Source: a bacterium
Lineage (GTDB): Bacteria; Krumholzibacteriota; Krumholzibacteriia; LZORAL124-64-63
Reading direction: 5' to 3'
DNA: 64,000 bases
Assembly (NCBI GenBank): GCA_031441465.1
Contig: JANOEP010000008.1
Span: 1-64,000, forward strand
Each line of letters begins with the position of its first letter. Positions within the stretch are counted from its first letter, which is position 1. A program made the translations under genes and the position numbers. This document shows positions 20,444 to 30,948 of this stretch, piece after piece. The notes under the pieces were generated by a model. It saw only the letters and a list, made by a program, of their open reading frames with translations, made no database searches and had not been told where the DNA came from.

Positions 20444-22534
20444 ATGTCCCTGACCGAGCGCTTCGGACCCGAGCGCGCCCTGCCGGCGTCGCTGACGCCG
20501 CTGTACGAGATCGCGCACAATCTCTGGTGGACCTGGGACGCCGAGGCGACCCGTCTGATGATCGAACTGGATCCCGTCCTCTGGAAGAGCGGCCGGCACA
20601 ACCCCCTCGCGGTGATCGAGGCCCTCGACGCGGCCCGGGTGGCGGACCTGGCCGCCGACGCGGACTTCACCGCGCGGCTCGCGATCGTGCGGGACCGCCA
20701 GCGGGCCTACCTGGGCAGCGGCGAGCCGCCGATCGACCTGGATTTCGGCGGGCGCCTGATCGGCTATTTCTGCGCGGAGTTCGGCATCCACGAGTCCCTC
20801 CCCATCTACTCCGGCGGTTTGGGAATCCTCGCCGGCGACCACCTGAAGGCCGCCAGCGACCGCGACCTGCCTCTGGTCGCCGTCGGGCTGGCCTACCGCT
20901 ACGGTTACTTCCACCAGGAAGTGGACCTCGCCGGGCGCCAGCACGAGGTCTACCTGCCGAACGACTTCGAGCGTCTGCCCCTGGCCCTGGTGCACGACAA
21001 GCACGGCGACCCCCTGACGCTTTCGCTGCCCTATCCCGGCCGCAAGGTGCAGGCCTGCGTCTGGAAGGTGAGCGTGGGGCGCATCCCCCTGTACCTTCTG
21101 GACACCGACGTGCCCGGCAACAACGCCGAGGACCGCAACATCACGGGGCACCTGTACGGCGGCAACGAGGACACGCGGGTCCGCCAGGAGTTCCTGCTCG
21201 GCGTCGGCGGGCTGCGCGCCCTGCGCGCCATGGGCATCGCCCCCGCGGTCTGCCACCTCAACGAGGGCCACTCCTCGTTCCTCTGCCTCGAGCAGCTGCG
21301 CCGGCACATCGTGGACGGGAGCCAGTCCTTCGACCGGGCCGTGGCGTCGGTGCGCGCGGGCTGCGTCTTCACGACCCACACGCCGGTGCCCGCCGGCAAC
21401 GACAACTTCGAAGTCGCCCACGTCATGCAGTACCTGCGGCCCCTGGCCGCGAGCATGGACGAGCCGGTCGAGAAGCTGATCGCCCTGGGGCTGACCGATC
21501 CGACCGACCCGCACGGGCGGTTCGAGATGACGGTGCTGGCCCTGCGCTTGACGCGCTTCGCCAACGGCGTCAGCGCCCTGCACGGCGAAGTGTCCCGCGG
21601 GATGTGGCAGCACCTCTGGCCCGACCGGACGGCCGCCCAGGTGCCCATCACGAGTGTGACCAACGGCGTGCACATGCCGTCCTGGACCGCGCCCGAGATC
21701 GAGGTCCTGCGGCGCGAGGCGGGCGCCGGCACCCCGGCGCCGGAGCTGCTCTGGCGGGTGCACGAGCACCTGCGGAGCGAGTTGATCGGCGGCGTGCGTC
21801 GGCGGTTGCAGCGCCAGCTGGAGCGCAACGGCGCGGCGGCGCAGGAGATCGCCGACATCGGCCGCGTCTTCGAGCCCCACACCCTGACCATCGGCTTCGC
21901 CCGCCGTTTCGCCGAGTACAAGCGGGCGACGCTGCTGATGAGCGACCCCGATCGCTTCGTGCGGCTGCTCGCGAACGCCGACCGACCCGTGCAGATGCTG
22001 ATGGCCGGCAAGGCCCACCCGCGCAGCGAGCCCGGGAAGCTGCTCATCCAGCGTGTCTGGGAGCTGTCGCGCATCCCGGCGTTGCGCGGGCGGTTGGTGG
22101 TGCTGGAGGGGTACGACATCGCCTTGGCGCGGCGCATGGTGCAGGGCGCGGACATCTGGCTGAACACGCCACGCCGGCCGCTGGAGGCGAGCGGCACCTC
22201 GGGCATGAAGGCGGCCGCCAACGGCGCCCTGAACCTCTCGGTGCTCGACGGCTGGTGGTGCGAGGGTTACGACGGGCGCAACGGCTGGGCCTTCGGCGAC
22301 GACCACGGCGTGGACGAAGCGACGCAGGACGCCCGCGACGCCGACGAGTTGTTCGAGCTGCTCGAGAAGGTCGTGGTGCCGATGTTCTACGACCGCGGGC
22401 CCGACGGCCTGCCCCGCGCCTGGATCCAGCGCATGCAGCACGCCATGACGTCGGTGACCCCGCGATTCAGCACCGAGCGGATGGTCGACGAGTACGCCGG
22501 GCGCTTCTACCTGCCCTGCGCGATGGACGACTGA
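20444..22534 (+). CDS. glgP: Alpha-glucan (glycogen) phosphorylase
   Basis: YSGGLGILAGDH, HLNEGH, FTTHTPVPAG, ARRFAEYKR, EASGTSGMK (PLP lysine). Confidence 0.93.
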   Translation: MSLTERFGPERALPASLTPLYEIAHNLWWTWDAEATRLMIELDPVLWKSGRHNPLAVIEALDAARVADLAADADFTARLAIVRDRQRAYLGSGEPPIDLDFGGRLIGYFCAEFGIHESLPIYSGGLGILAGDHLKAASDRDLPLVAVGLAYRYGYFHQEVDLAGRQHEVYLPNDFERLPLALVHDKHGDPLTLSLPYPGRKVQACVWKVSVGRIPLYLLDTDVPGNNAEDRNITGHLYGGNEDTRVRQEFLLGVGGLRALRAMGIAPAVCHLNEGHSSFLCLEQLRRHIVDGSQSFDRAVASVRAGCVFTTHTPVPAGNDNFEVAHVMQYLRPLAASMDEPVEKLIALGLTDPTDPHGRFEMTVLALRLTRFANGVSALHGEVSRGMWQHLWPDRTAAQVPITSVTNGVHMPSWTAPEIEVLRREAGAGTPAPELLWRVHEHLRSELIGGVRRRLQRQLERNGAAAQEIADIGRVFEPHTLTIGFARRFAEYKRATLLMSDPDRFVRLLANADRPVQMLMAGKAHPRSEPGKLLIQRVWELSRIPALRGRLVVLEGYDIALARRMVQGADIWLNTPRRPLEASGTSGMKAAANGALNLSVLDGWWCEGYDGRNGWAFGDDHGVDEATQDARDADELFELLEKVVVPMFYDRGPDGLPRAWIQRMQHAMTSVTPRFSTERMVDEYAGRFYLPCAMDD

Positions 22535-22555
22535 GACCGCGGGACCGCGAGCACG

Positions 22556-22912
22556 TCACTCGTCCCCGGGCGCCAGCCCGGGGACGATCGTTTTCAGATC
22601 GGCGACGTAGCGCGCGAACATCTCCCGCCCGCGCGGCGTCAGGCGGACCACGGTCCGCGGCTTCTTCCCCACGAATTCCTTGACGATCTCCACGGCGCCG
22701 CCCTGTTCGAGGGTGGCGAGGTGGACCGACAGCGTGCCGTCGGTCAAGCCGAGTCGGGCCCGCAGTTCAGTGAACGCGGTCGCGCCGGACCGCATCAGGT
22801 GGGACATGACGAGCAGGCGCACCCGGCCGTGGACCAGCGGGGCCAGGGGCGTTGGCGGCGCAGTGGGCGTGCCGTCACCGTCGGGCGACGGGGACGGCGG
22901 TTCGCGGCGCAC
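22556..22912 (-). CDS. Winged-helix (HTH_34/ArsR-like) transcriptional regulator
   Basis: HGRVRLLVMSHL, FTELRARLGLTDGTLSVHL, KEFVGKKPRT; GTG start with GGAGG RBS. Confidence 0.8.
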   Translation of the reverse strand: MRREPPSPSPDGDGTPTAPPTPLAPLVHGRVRLLVMSHLMRSGATAFTELRARLGLTDGTLSVHLATLEQGGAVEIVKEFVGKKPRTVVRLTPRGREMFARYVADLKTIVPGLAPGDE

Positions 22913-23357
22913 GCTGGGGCCTCCTTGCCTCCGTGGTCCGCCTCGCACGTCCGGGCCGTGCAGTTGTCAGGAGGACCGCGCCGGCATCCTGCCAGCACGG
23001 TCCTCCGAGAGGGTGCCGGTCGGGGATCCTTCCCCGCCCTGTGAACAGGGTCCGCGGCCTTCACCGGCGCTCCGTCCGGACCCGGCGGTCTCTCCCGCCA
23101 TCGACCTGGCTGCCGACGTCGGCTTGGCCGACGGCGCCGACCGGTTTCCATCCTTGGATCCCAGCGGCGCAGTTACTTTAATAATTCAAGTTCTTTGGTT
23201 ATTCAAGTAAAAGTTTCACCCGATCCCACTTTATTGCACCCGCAATTGGGTTTGAGTGGCGCAGGGGCGCCTTATATCTTGGGCACGACGCGGCCGTGCC
23301 GCTGTCCATACATGGCCCGCACAAGGGCGCGAACCCATCACATGCCTGGAGGCCGCG

Positions 23358-24554
23358 ATGAAGACCCGCAAGTACATCGAGCTGGAAGACAGCTACGGGG
23401 CGCACAACTACCATCCGTTGGATCTGGTGATCGCGCGGGCCGAGGGCGTCTGGGTGGAGGATGTGGAGGGGAAGCGCTACCTGGATTGCTTGGCCGCCTA
23501 CAGCGCGGTGAATCAGGGCCACTGCCACCCGCGCCTGCTGAAGGTCTTCCGCCGCCAGGCCGCCCGCGTGACGCTCACCAGCCGCGCCTTCCGCAACGAC
23601 CAGCTCCCCCACTTCACCCGCGAGCTGACCGAGTTGACGGGCTACGCGCGCGCGCTGCCGATGAACTCGGGCGCCGAGGCCGTCGAGACGGCGGTCAAGG
23701 CCGCCCGCAAGTGGGGCTACAAGGTCAAGGGCATCCCCGACAACCAGGCTGAGATCATCGTCTGCGCCGACAATTTCCACGGCCGCACCACGACCATCGT
23801 CGGTTTCAGCACCGAACCCCAGTACCAGGACGGGTTCGGGCCGTTCACGCCCGGCTTCAAGATCGTCCCCTTCGGCGACGCGGCCGCGCTGGCCGCCGCG
23901 ATCACGCCCAACACCTGCGCTTTCCTGGTGGAACCCATCCAGGGCGAGGCCGGCATCGTGATACCGCCGCAGGGCTTCCTGAAAAAGGCCGCGGAGATCT
24001 GCCGCGCGAACAACGTGTTGCTGATCGTCGACGAGATCCAGAGCGGCCTGGGCCGCACCGGCAAGATGTTCGCCCACGAGTGGGAGGGCGTGAAGCCCGA
24101 CGGGCTGATCGTCGGCAAAGCCCTCAGCGGCGGCTTCTACCCCGTCAGCGCCTTCCTGGCGAACGACGAGGTCATGGGCGTCTTTCACCCCGGCGACCAC
24201 GGCTCGACCTTCGGCGGCAACCCGCTCGGCTGCGCCGTCGCGCGCGAGGCGCTCAAGGTCATCGTCGAAGAGAAGCTCGTGGAGAACTCGCTCAAGCAGG
24301 GCGAGCACTTCATGGCCGAGCTGAAGAAGATCGACGCCAAGAGCATCAAGACCGTGCGCGGCGCGGGCCTGTGGATCGGCATCGTGCTGGACCGTCCCGC
24401 GCGCCCCTACTGCGAGGTGCTGATGACCGAGGGCCTGCTCTGCAAGGAGACCCACGAGAAGATCATCCGCATCGCGCCGCCCCTGACGATCACCCGCAAG
24501 GAAGTCAACTGGGCCGTCAAGCGCATCGCGAAGGTCTTCGAGCTGCTGGGCTGA
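23358..24554 (+). CDS. rocD: Ornithine--oxo-acid aminotransferase
   Basis: [67 protein letters not shown]. Confidence 0.93.
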   Translation: MKTRKYIELEDSYGAHNYHPLDLVIARAEGVWVEDVEGKRYLDCLAAYSAVNQGHCHPRLLKVFRRQAARVTLTSRAFRNDQLPHFTRELTELTGYARALPMNSGAEAVETAVKAARKWGYKVKGIPDNQAEIIVCADNFHGRTTTIVGFSTEPQYQDGFGPFTPGFKIVPFGDAAALAAAITPNTCAFLVEPIQGEAGIVIPPQGFLKKAAEICRANNVLLIVDEIQSGLGRTGKMFAHEWEGVKPDGLIVGKALSGGFYPVSAFLANDEVMGVFHPGDHGSTFGGNPLGCAVAREALKVIVEEKLVENSLKQGEHFMAELKKIDAKSIKTVRGAGLWIGIVLDRPARPYCEVLMTEGLLCKETHEKIIRIAPPLTITRKEVNWAVKRIAKVFELLG

Positions 24555-24575
24555 ACCGGCCACGGACGACACACC

Positions 24576-24608
24576 AGAACCCGGACCGGCGGCGGTCCGG
24601 GTTCTTTG
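24576..24608. terminator. Intrinsic terminator between convergent rocD and BamE-like gene
   Basis: 13-bp perfect stem AGAACCCGGACCG/CGGTCCGGGTTCT followed by TTG. Confidence 0.65.
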
Positions 24609-24624
24609 CTGCGGTCCGGCCGCC

Positions 24625-24951
24625 CTACCGCGGTTCGGTGGTGCTGAACGTGTAGGAGTGGACCCGGTTCTGCTCGTCGAAGCGCACGATCAGGTCCTTG
24701 GTCTGGGTCTCGCCGAAGAGCTGGTAGCGGTAGCGGCCGTAGGTCCAGGTCGGCCGGCCGTCCTCGACGCCCGTGCGCCAGGGCTCGCCGAACAGCGTCC
24801 GCACCTGCTGCTGCGTGGTCTGGCCCATCCGGATCTCCGTGACCCCGGACGAAGGGAACTCGCGGCCGACGGTGGCGCAGCCGCCCGCGACGGCGGCGGC
24901 CACGGCGCCCACGATAGCCAGAAGGACGAGACGGCGGCGCGGGGTCTTCAT
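24625..24951 (-). CDS. SmpA/OmlA (BamE-like) outer-membrane lipoprotein
   Basis: Lipobox [19 protein letters not shown]...WTY...LIVRFD. Confidence 0.7.
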   Translation of the reverse strand: MKTPRRRLVLLAIVGAVAAAVAGGCATVGREFPSSGVTEIRMGQTTQQQVRTLFGEPWRTGVEDGRPTWTYGRYRYQLFGETQTKDLIVRFDEQNRVHSYTFSTTEPR

Positions 24952-25451
24952 TCGACGCCCTCCTTGAGCTGCTCGCGAATCTCGACCCGGGTCATGGCGT
25001 CGCCCTGCCGGACGGCGTCGACGACGTCGTGGCCGCGGACCACCGTGCCGAAGACCGTGTGACGGCCGTCGAGGTGGGACTGCGGGCAATGGGTGATGAA
25101 GAACTGGCTGCCGTTGGTGTCGGGGCCGGAGTTGGCCATCGAGAGCACCTTGGCGCCGTGGCGCAGCGGGTTGCCGCGACACTCGTCCCCGAAACGGTAG
25201 CCGGGGCCGCCGCGGCCGGTGCCGGTGGGATCGCCGCCCTGAATCATGAAGTCGTCGATGACGCGGTGGAACACCACGCCGTCGTAGAAGCCCTCGCGGG
25301 CCAGGAACACGAAGTTGTTGACCGTGCGCGGCGCGTGCTCGGCGTGCAGCTCCAGCTCGATCTCGCCGCGCTCGGTGGCGATGACGGCGTGGTAGATCTT
25401 GTCGGTGTCGATGCGCATCTCGGGCGGCGCGGGCCACTGCTTGTCGGACAT
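24948..25451 (-). CDS. Cyclophilin-type peptidyl-prolyl isomerase
   Basis: [51 protein letters not shown]. Confidence 0.95.
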   Translation of the reverse strand: MSDKQWPAPPEMRIDTDKIYHAVIATERGEIELELHAEHAPRTVNNFVFLAREGFYDGVVFHRVIDDFMIQGGDPTGTGRGGPGYRFGDECRGNPLRHGAKVLSMANSGPDTNGSQFFITHCPQSHLDGRHTVFGTVVRGHDVVDAVRQGDAMTRVEIREQLKEGVE

Positions 25452-25487
25452 GGGACCTCCCGTTCGTTTCTGCGTGAGGGCGCGGGC

Positions 25488-25844
25488 TCAGGCCGCGAGG
25501 CGTTGGCGGAACACGAAGAAGACCGCGCCCAGGATGCAGAGCGCCGCCCACAGGTAGTCCCGGTGGAGCGGCTCCTTCATGTACAGGACCGAAAACGGCA
25601 CGAAGACCATCAGGGTGACGGCCTCCTGCAGGATCTTGAGCTGCCCCAGGTTCAACTCGGCGTGCCCGATGCGGTTGGCCGGCACCTGCAGCAGGTACTC
25701 GAACAGCGCGATCCCCCAGCTGACCAGCGCGGCGACGAGCCAGTGCCGGTGCGAAAGGTTCCGCAGGTGCGCGTACCAGGCGAAGGTCATGAAGACGTTG
25801 CTGCAGACCAGCAGCGCCGTCGTGACGGCGATGGTGCGGGGCAT
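25488..25844 (-). CDS. DMT family small membrane protein (DUF486)
   Basis: SNVFMTFAWYAHL, SWGIALFEYLLQVPANRIG, QLKILQE. Confidence 0.85.
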   Translation of the reverse strand: MPRTIAVTTALLVCSNVFMTFAWYAHLRNLSHRHWLVAALVSWGIALFEYLLQVPANRIGHAELNLGQLKILQEAVTLMVFVPFSVLYMKEPLHRDYLWAALCILGAVFFVFRQRLAA

Positions 25845-25942
25845 GGCGCCGGGGCGTCCTTTCGGGGGCGGGTGCCCGCGCACGATAAGGGCGGGGGCGG
25901 GGGGCGTCAAGGTGGCGGGAAGCCGAAAACACGCCGGCCCCG

Positions 25943-26365
25943 TCAGCTCAGATGGATGTTCCTCACCGCGAGCGCGAACCCGAACGCGACTGCAAGCAGC
26001 CCCAGGACCATCCCACCCACGAACCCCTTCCCCAGGGCGTTGCCGGTGGCCTGTTTCCGCACCTCGAGCCGGATGAGGCTCGACCTGTCGAGGATCCGCA
26101 CCCGGTTGAAATCGCGGCCGAAGCCGTCCTGGCCGATCGCAAGCTCCGTCGGCGTCAGTCGGACGACCTTGCCGTCGACGATGTCGCCGTCGACGAGGTG
26201 AGCGCGGACCAGGGAACCGACTTGCAAGAGCAGCACGAGACGGGCTTCCGGCGGCGGCGGCGGGGAGGCAGGGGCTTCCTGCCAGACCGCCGGCATGTAG
26301 CCGGCGCACCCCGTCAGGAAGGACAGGCCTGCCCAGGCACAGATCCGCAATGCGCGCTGCTTCAT
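25943..26365 (-). CDS. Hypothetical lipoprotein with C-terminal hydrophobic helix
   Basis: Start MKQRALRIC, lipobox LTGC; small beta-rich domain; C-terminal TM-like segment. Confidence 0.5.
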   Translation of the reverse strand: MKQRALRICAWAGLSFLTGCAGYMPAVWQEAPASPPPPPEARLVLLLQVGSLVRAHLVDGDIVDGKVVRLTPTELAIGQDGFGRDFNRVRILDRSSLIRLEVRKQATGNALGKGFVGGMVLGLLAVAFGFALAVRNIHLS

Positions 26366-26556
26366 GGCGGAACCCCCGATCCCGATACGCATCCCCATGC
26401 CCGACCACGACGAGGTGCCGTGACGACGCGAGCGTAGCACGCGCTTCCCGCATCGCCAACAGAACAGGGCGACGACCGATCCGGCATGACCGCGCTCTGT
26501 GGCTGTGCTATGCTGCCTCCCTCTCGGGTCCATCGTCAGAGATCGGATGATCGCCC

Positions 26557-27963
26557 ATGTTCCGACGCGGTCGGCTTCGCACGGCGGACAGGCGCCCCGC
26601 ACGCCGGACGGTCGTCCTGCTGCGGGTGGCCGCGGTCCTGGCCATCGCCGCCGGCGCCGCCGTCCTGGTTGGCGGTCGCGACTCCCTCCCCGTGCGCCTC
26701 GCCGACGCCGCCGCGCGCCGCCTGCACGCCCGGCCGCCCGAACACGACCTGCCGGGCCAGTGGTCCGTCATGGACGACCACGACGACGGCGCCGGCCACG
26801 CGCTGAGCCGGGTCCAGCGCGCCGCGGCCCGCAAGCTCCTGAGCCTCGGCTACGCGGCCGGCTCCCGTCCGCCGCCGGCGCACTCCGGGGTGACGGTACA
26901 CGACCCCGCACACAGCGGCCACGAACTCATGTTCTTCGTGTCCGGCCACGCGCCGGAGGCGCTGCTGATCACGCGCGCGGGCGAAGTCCTGCACCGCTGG
27001 CGCTGCGACTACCGCGACGTGGCGGCCACCGATCCGGAAGCCTTCCTGCCGCCGGGCAGGAACAACGCCACGGGTTGCTGGCGGCGGGCCCACCTCGACG
27101 CCGACGGCAGCATCCTTGCGATCTTCGAAGGGCACGCCCTGGTCAAGCTGGACCGGGATTCCCGCCTGCTCTGGGCCTACCCCGGCCACTGCCACCACGA
27201 CCTGCACGTGGACGACGACGGCCGCATCTGGGTGCTGACGCGCGAAGCGGAACTCGTGCCGCGGTTCGGCGACGACGAGCCCGCGCTGCTGGACTACTTC
27301 ACGGTGCTGACGCCGCAAGGGAAGTTCGAGCGGCGGGTCTCGCTGCTCACGGCGCTCGAGTCCTCGCCCTACGCCCCGCTCCTGGACAAGGCGCCGGCCG
27401 GCGGCGACGTCTTCCACACCAACACGCTGGAGCGGCTGGACGGATCGCTCGCCGGCCTGTCGCCGATCTTCGGCCGGGGAAACATCCTGACCTCGATCCG
27501 CGAGCTGAACGCCCTCGCCATCCTCGACCCGCAGCGCGGGACGGTCGTCTGGGCCCTGAGCGGCCCGTGGGTCAAGCAGCACCAGCCGACACTGCTGCCG
27601 ACGGGGCGCATCCTGCTGTTCGACAACCTGGGACGCCGCGGCCGCTCGCAGGTCCTCGAGGTGGACCCGCTCACGCAGGAGATCGTCTGGTCCTACGCCG
27701 ACGGGACCGGCCACCGGCTCTACTCCGCGACCTGCGGCGCGGCCCAGCGGCTGCCCGGCGGCAACACGCTGATCGTCGAGTCGGACAACGGCCGCGCTCT
27801 GGAGGTGACACCGGACGGCGGGACCGTCTGGGAGTACCGCAACGTGTACCGGGCGGGCGAGCACGGGGAGCTGATCGCCGCCATCCTGGACATGGTGGCG
27901 TTGCCGGCTGATTTCCCGGTCAGGTGGCTCGGGGAGACGTCGCGCGCGGGTCCGGGGCGGTAG
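26557..27963 (+). CDS. Arylsulfotransferase (ASST)-family beta-propeller protein
   Basis: HHD, FHTN, QH, LLFDN, QRLPGGNTLI motifs. Confidence 0.75.
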   Translation: MFRRGRLRTADRRPARRTVVLLRVAAVLAIAAGAAVLVGGRDSLPVRLADAAARRLHARPPEHDLPGQWSVMDDHDDGAGHALSRVQRAAARKLLSLGYAAGSRPPPAHSGVTVHDPAHSGHELMFFVSGHAPEALLITRAGEVLHRWRCDYRDVAATDPEAFLPPGRNNATGCWRRAHLDADGSILAIFEGHALVKLDRDSRLLWAYPGHCHHDLHVDDDGRIWVLTREAELVPRFGDDEPALLDYFTVLTPQGKFERRVSLLTALESSPYAPLLDKAPAGGDVFHTNTLERLDGSLAGLSPIFGRGNILTSIRELNALAILDPQRGTVVWALSGPWVKQHQPTLLPTGRILLFDNLGRRGRSQVLEVDPLTQEIVWSYADGTGHRLYSATCGAAQRLPGGNTLIVESDNGRALEVTPDGGTVWEYRNVYRAGEHGELIAAILDMVALPADFPVRWLGETSRAGPGR

Positions 27964-28022
27964 GCTGCGCCCCCTTCGTCGCGGGCAGGGATATCGCGGC
28001 GCGGGCCGGCGGGCCAGATCCC

Positions 28023-28385
28023 TCATCCCTTCAGCCACGCGAGCGCAGCCTCGGAATCGGTGAACAGCTTGACCTGGTTGCCGGCATTGACCGAAGCGGT
28101 CTCCAGGAAGTCGAAATCCTGCGTGATCTCGGCGACGACCAGGGCGCGCTTGATGCCGCCGGACACCCCGGCCTCCTTCACGATCCTGGGGATCGAGTAG
28201 AGATCGAGCGTCGAGGAGGTGACCTGCGCCTCGCGCAGGTCGTGCAGGAAGCGGTGGCACCCGTGTTTCCGGACGAGTTGCGCCAGATCGGTCGCCACGG
28301 CCTTCGCGACGGCGGCGTCCAGCTTCCCGTACAGCCGGCCCCTGATGATGTCCAGATCCTCGTCATAGCTCAGCTCGAAGTTCAT
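28023..28385 (-). CDS. Hypothetical SpoIIAA/STAS-like protein
   Basis: Start MNFELSY with GGGGAGG RBS; LHDLREA, KRALVV, FLET...NAG..VKLF...AALAWL pattern. Confidence 0.55.
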   Translation of the reverse strand: MNFELSYDEDLDIIRGRLYGKLDAAVAKAVATDLAQLVRKHGCHRFLHDLREAQVTSSTLDLYSIPRIVKEAGVSGGIKRALVVAEITQDFDFLETASVNAGNQVKLFTDSEAALAWLKG

Positions 28386-28716
28386 AGCCGCCTCCCCTGG
28401 TAGCATCCCTCCGTGCTCAGGACCGACACGATGCGACGACGACGAGCAACCCTCCGACGGCACCCGGAACGACGATATAGGCGATTGGCAGCAGGTAGTA
28501 AGAACACCCGTCCGCCTTGCGCCGCCAAGGCGACGAGGACGGAACCGGCGCCGCGAGTCAGGCACGTGGCCGCAGCCGACCAGGATCGCTCGCACATGTC
28601 AGCAGACCTCATCCGGGTGCGCCGGCGGAGCGGCTCCGCACCGGGCACCCTACTGAGGGCGATACGGGAGGATGGTCCCACAACGTCCAGACCCGGGCCA
28701 GAGATTTATCGGCCCG

Positions 28717-29232
28717 TCAGCCGCGGCGTCCTGTATCGGGGGAACGGGGCAACCCCGTCGCATCCGGCACGAACCTGCCGCCGCGCACCGTCGCGCCCAG
28801 CACGATGCCCGCGCTGATGAGCACCAGGTTCTTGATGATGTACTGGCCCTCGAGCGTGGGGGCGTAGGGGAAGCGGGTGAACGTCTCGCCCGGGAAGAGG
28901 ACCAGCGGGGTCATCGCGCCCAGCATCTGCAGGAACAGCAGCAGCAGCGTCGCGCGCAGGTAGGCGCCGGTGAGCAGGCCCACTCCGATCAGGACCTCCC
29001 AGGCGGCGAGCACGACGATGGCGGTCCCGTGCGTCAGCAGGCCGAAGGTCAGGACGTCGATGGTCCGCACCGCGAGGTCCTGGGCGGGGCTGAGGCCCGG
29101 GAAGAACTTGAGCCCGCCGAACCACAGGAACACGATCCCGACGCTCATCCGCAGCAGGAGCAGGCCGTGCCTGGCCATCAGGGCCGTGATGCGGAGGTCC
29201 GCCTGGTCGAACCTCGCCCGGATCCTCATCAT
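28717..29232 (-). CDS. DoxX family membrane protein
   Basis: LRMSVGIVFLWFGGLKFF, WEVLIG, PTLEGQYIIKNLV. Confidence 0.8.
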   Translation of the reverse strand: MMRIRARFDQADLRITALMARHGLLLLRMSVGIVFLWFGGLKFFPGLSPAQDLAVRTIDVLTFGLLTHGTAIVVLAAWEVLIGVGLLTGAYLRATLLLLFLQMLGAMTPLVLFPGETFTRFPYAPTLEGQYIIKNLVLISAGIVLGATVRGGRFVPDATGLPRSPDTGRRG

Positions 29233-29408
29233 GCCTGGTCCCTCCCCGCGATAGAGTGCCGACCGGGACGACGGCCCCGGCTCCGGATGTCAATCTAGAC
29301 CCAACGGCGGCGCCTCGGCCAGACGCGGCCCGCCTCCTGGCCGCCCGCGGCCCGTCGTGCTTACTTGTGGCCTCGCCCGCCCCCGTCCCGAACCGATCGC
29401 GAGCCCCC

Positions 29409-30845
29409 ATGCCGTCCTTCCTTGCCCGCCTGCGCGCCGCCGGCAGCCGCGAACCCGGCGCCGCCAACCCCATCCTGGAGGGGCCGGTCGACAAGACCCT
29501 GCTGGGACTGAGCGTGCCGATGATCATGGCCATGGTCCTGGTCACGGCCTTCGGGCTGGTGGACATGCTCTACCTGGGGCGCTACTCGCGGGAGGCGATG
29601 GCGGCGGTGTCGCTGTCGTTCCCGATCGCCTACCTGATCCACTCGGTCGCCGGCGCACTCGGCCAGGGGGCGACATCGCTGGTCTCGCGCCTGGTCGGCG
29701 GCGGCGACGAGCGGCAGTTGCGCAACCTCCTCTGGCACACCCTGATCGTGATCGGGATCTTCGCCGCGATCATGACGCCGCTGGGATTATGGCTGGCGCC
29801 GGCGGCGCTGCGGCGCATGGGCGCCGAACCCGCCGTCACCGAAGGGGCGATCCTCTACACGCAGGTGGCGTTCGCCGCCTCGGCGTTCTCGCTGTTGCCG
29901 ATGGTGCTCAACTCGCTGTTCCGCGGCGAGGGCGACACGATCTTCCCGCTGAAGGTCATGGCCGTGGCGCTCGCGCTGAACGTCGTGCTGGACCCGCTGT
30001 TCATCTTCGGGCCGGGACCGTTCCCGGAGTGGGGCGTCGCCGGCGCGGCGGTCACCACCGCCGCCAGCTTCCTGTTCGCCTCGCTGATGGTGCTGCGCGA
30101 GCTGCGCAATCCCCGCCGTCAGGTGCGTTACGACCGCGCCGCCTGGTCCTGGAGCCCCGCGCTGCTGCGCAGCTGGGCCAACGTCTCGGCGCCGGCGTTC
30201 GTGGCGAACCTGTCGATGCCGGTTTCGGCCTACCTGATCACCGACATGCTCACCGGCTACGGCACCGACGCGATCGCCGCCTTCGGCGCCGGCACGCGCC
30301 TGCTGAGCTTCGTGTTCCTGCCGACGCTCGGCATCTCGATGAGCATGATGATCATGGTCGGCCAGAACCACGGCGCCGGGCGCCACGACCGGGTGCGGGA
30401 GACGACCCTGCTGACGCTGCGCTACGCGCTGACCCTCATGGCGGTCCTGTCGCTGCCGGTGATCCTGTTCCCCGCCTGGTCCCTGCGGATCTTCACGGAC
30501 GAACCGACGGTCATCGCCGCCGGTGTCGGGCTGGCCCGCTGGGTGACGCTGGCGCGACCGATGCTCAGCATCGTGAACATCACGGCCTTCTGGTTCCACG
30601 CCCAGGGCAACGGGCTGATGGGCATGCTGCCGAATTTCGGCATGCGCGTGTTGCTGGAGCCGGCCGGCGTCTGGGTGGGGTTGAAGCTGGGCGCGCTGAG
30701 CGGCGGCTGGCTGGGGATGGCCGGAGCCGACCTGATCGGCGGCGTCCTGTGCCTGGCCTTGCTGTTCTGGCGGCTGGGCGCCTACATGCGCGACGCGCCC
30801 GCGCCGGTCCGGACGGCGGCGGCGCCCGGCGCTCTTCCCCGCTGA
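29409..30845 (+). CDS. MATE family efflux transporter
   Basis: ~12 TM; FRGEGDT, LNVVLDPLFIFG, GVAGAA, VGQNHGAG. Confidence 0.9.
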   Translation: MPSFLARLRAAGSREPGAANPILEGPVDKTLLGLSVPMIMAMVLVTAFGLVDMLYLGRYSREAMAAVSLSFPIAYLIHSVAGALGQGATSLVSRLVGGGDERQLRNLLWHTLIVIGIFAAIMTPLGLWLAPAALRRMGAEPAVTEGAILYTQVAFAASAFSLLPMVLNSLFRGEGDTIFPLKVMAVALALNVVLDPLFIFGPGPFPEWGVAGAAVTTAASFLFASLMVLRELRNPRRQVRYDRAAWSWSPALLRSWANVSAPAFVANLSMPVSAYLITDMLTGYGTDAIAAFGAGTRLLSFVFLPTLGISMSMMIMVGQNHGAGRHDRVRETTLLTLRYALTLMAVLSLPVILFPAWSLRIFTDEPTVIAAGVGLARWVTLARPMLSIVNITAFWFHAQGNGLMGMLPNFGMRVLLEPAGVWVGLKLGALSGGWLGMAGADLIGGVLCLALLFWRLGAYMRDAPAPVRTAAAPGALPR

Positions 30846-30948
30846 ACCGGGCCGCCCCGCCCGTTGCGGCGTTGACGCCCCGGGACCCTCCCGCTACGAT
30901 CCCCGTCCGTACCCGTCGCGTTCCGCTACCGCGCAGGAGGTGCCGCGC

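Noticed and set aside
28386..28716. 330-bp intergenic stretch with a weak GC hairpin (~28613-28650)
   Set aside because: No convincing ORF, repeat or known RNA motif could be supported.
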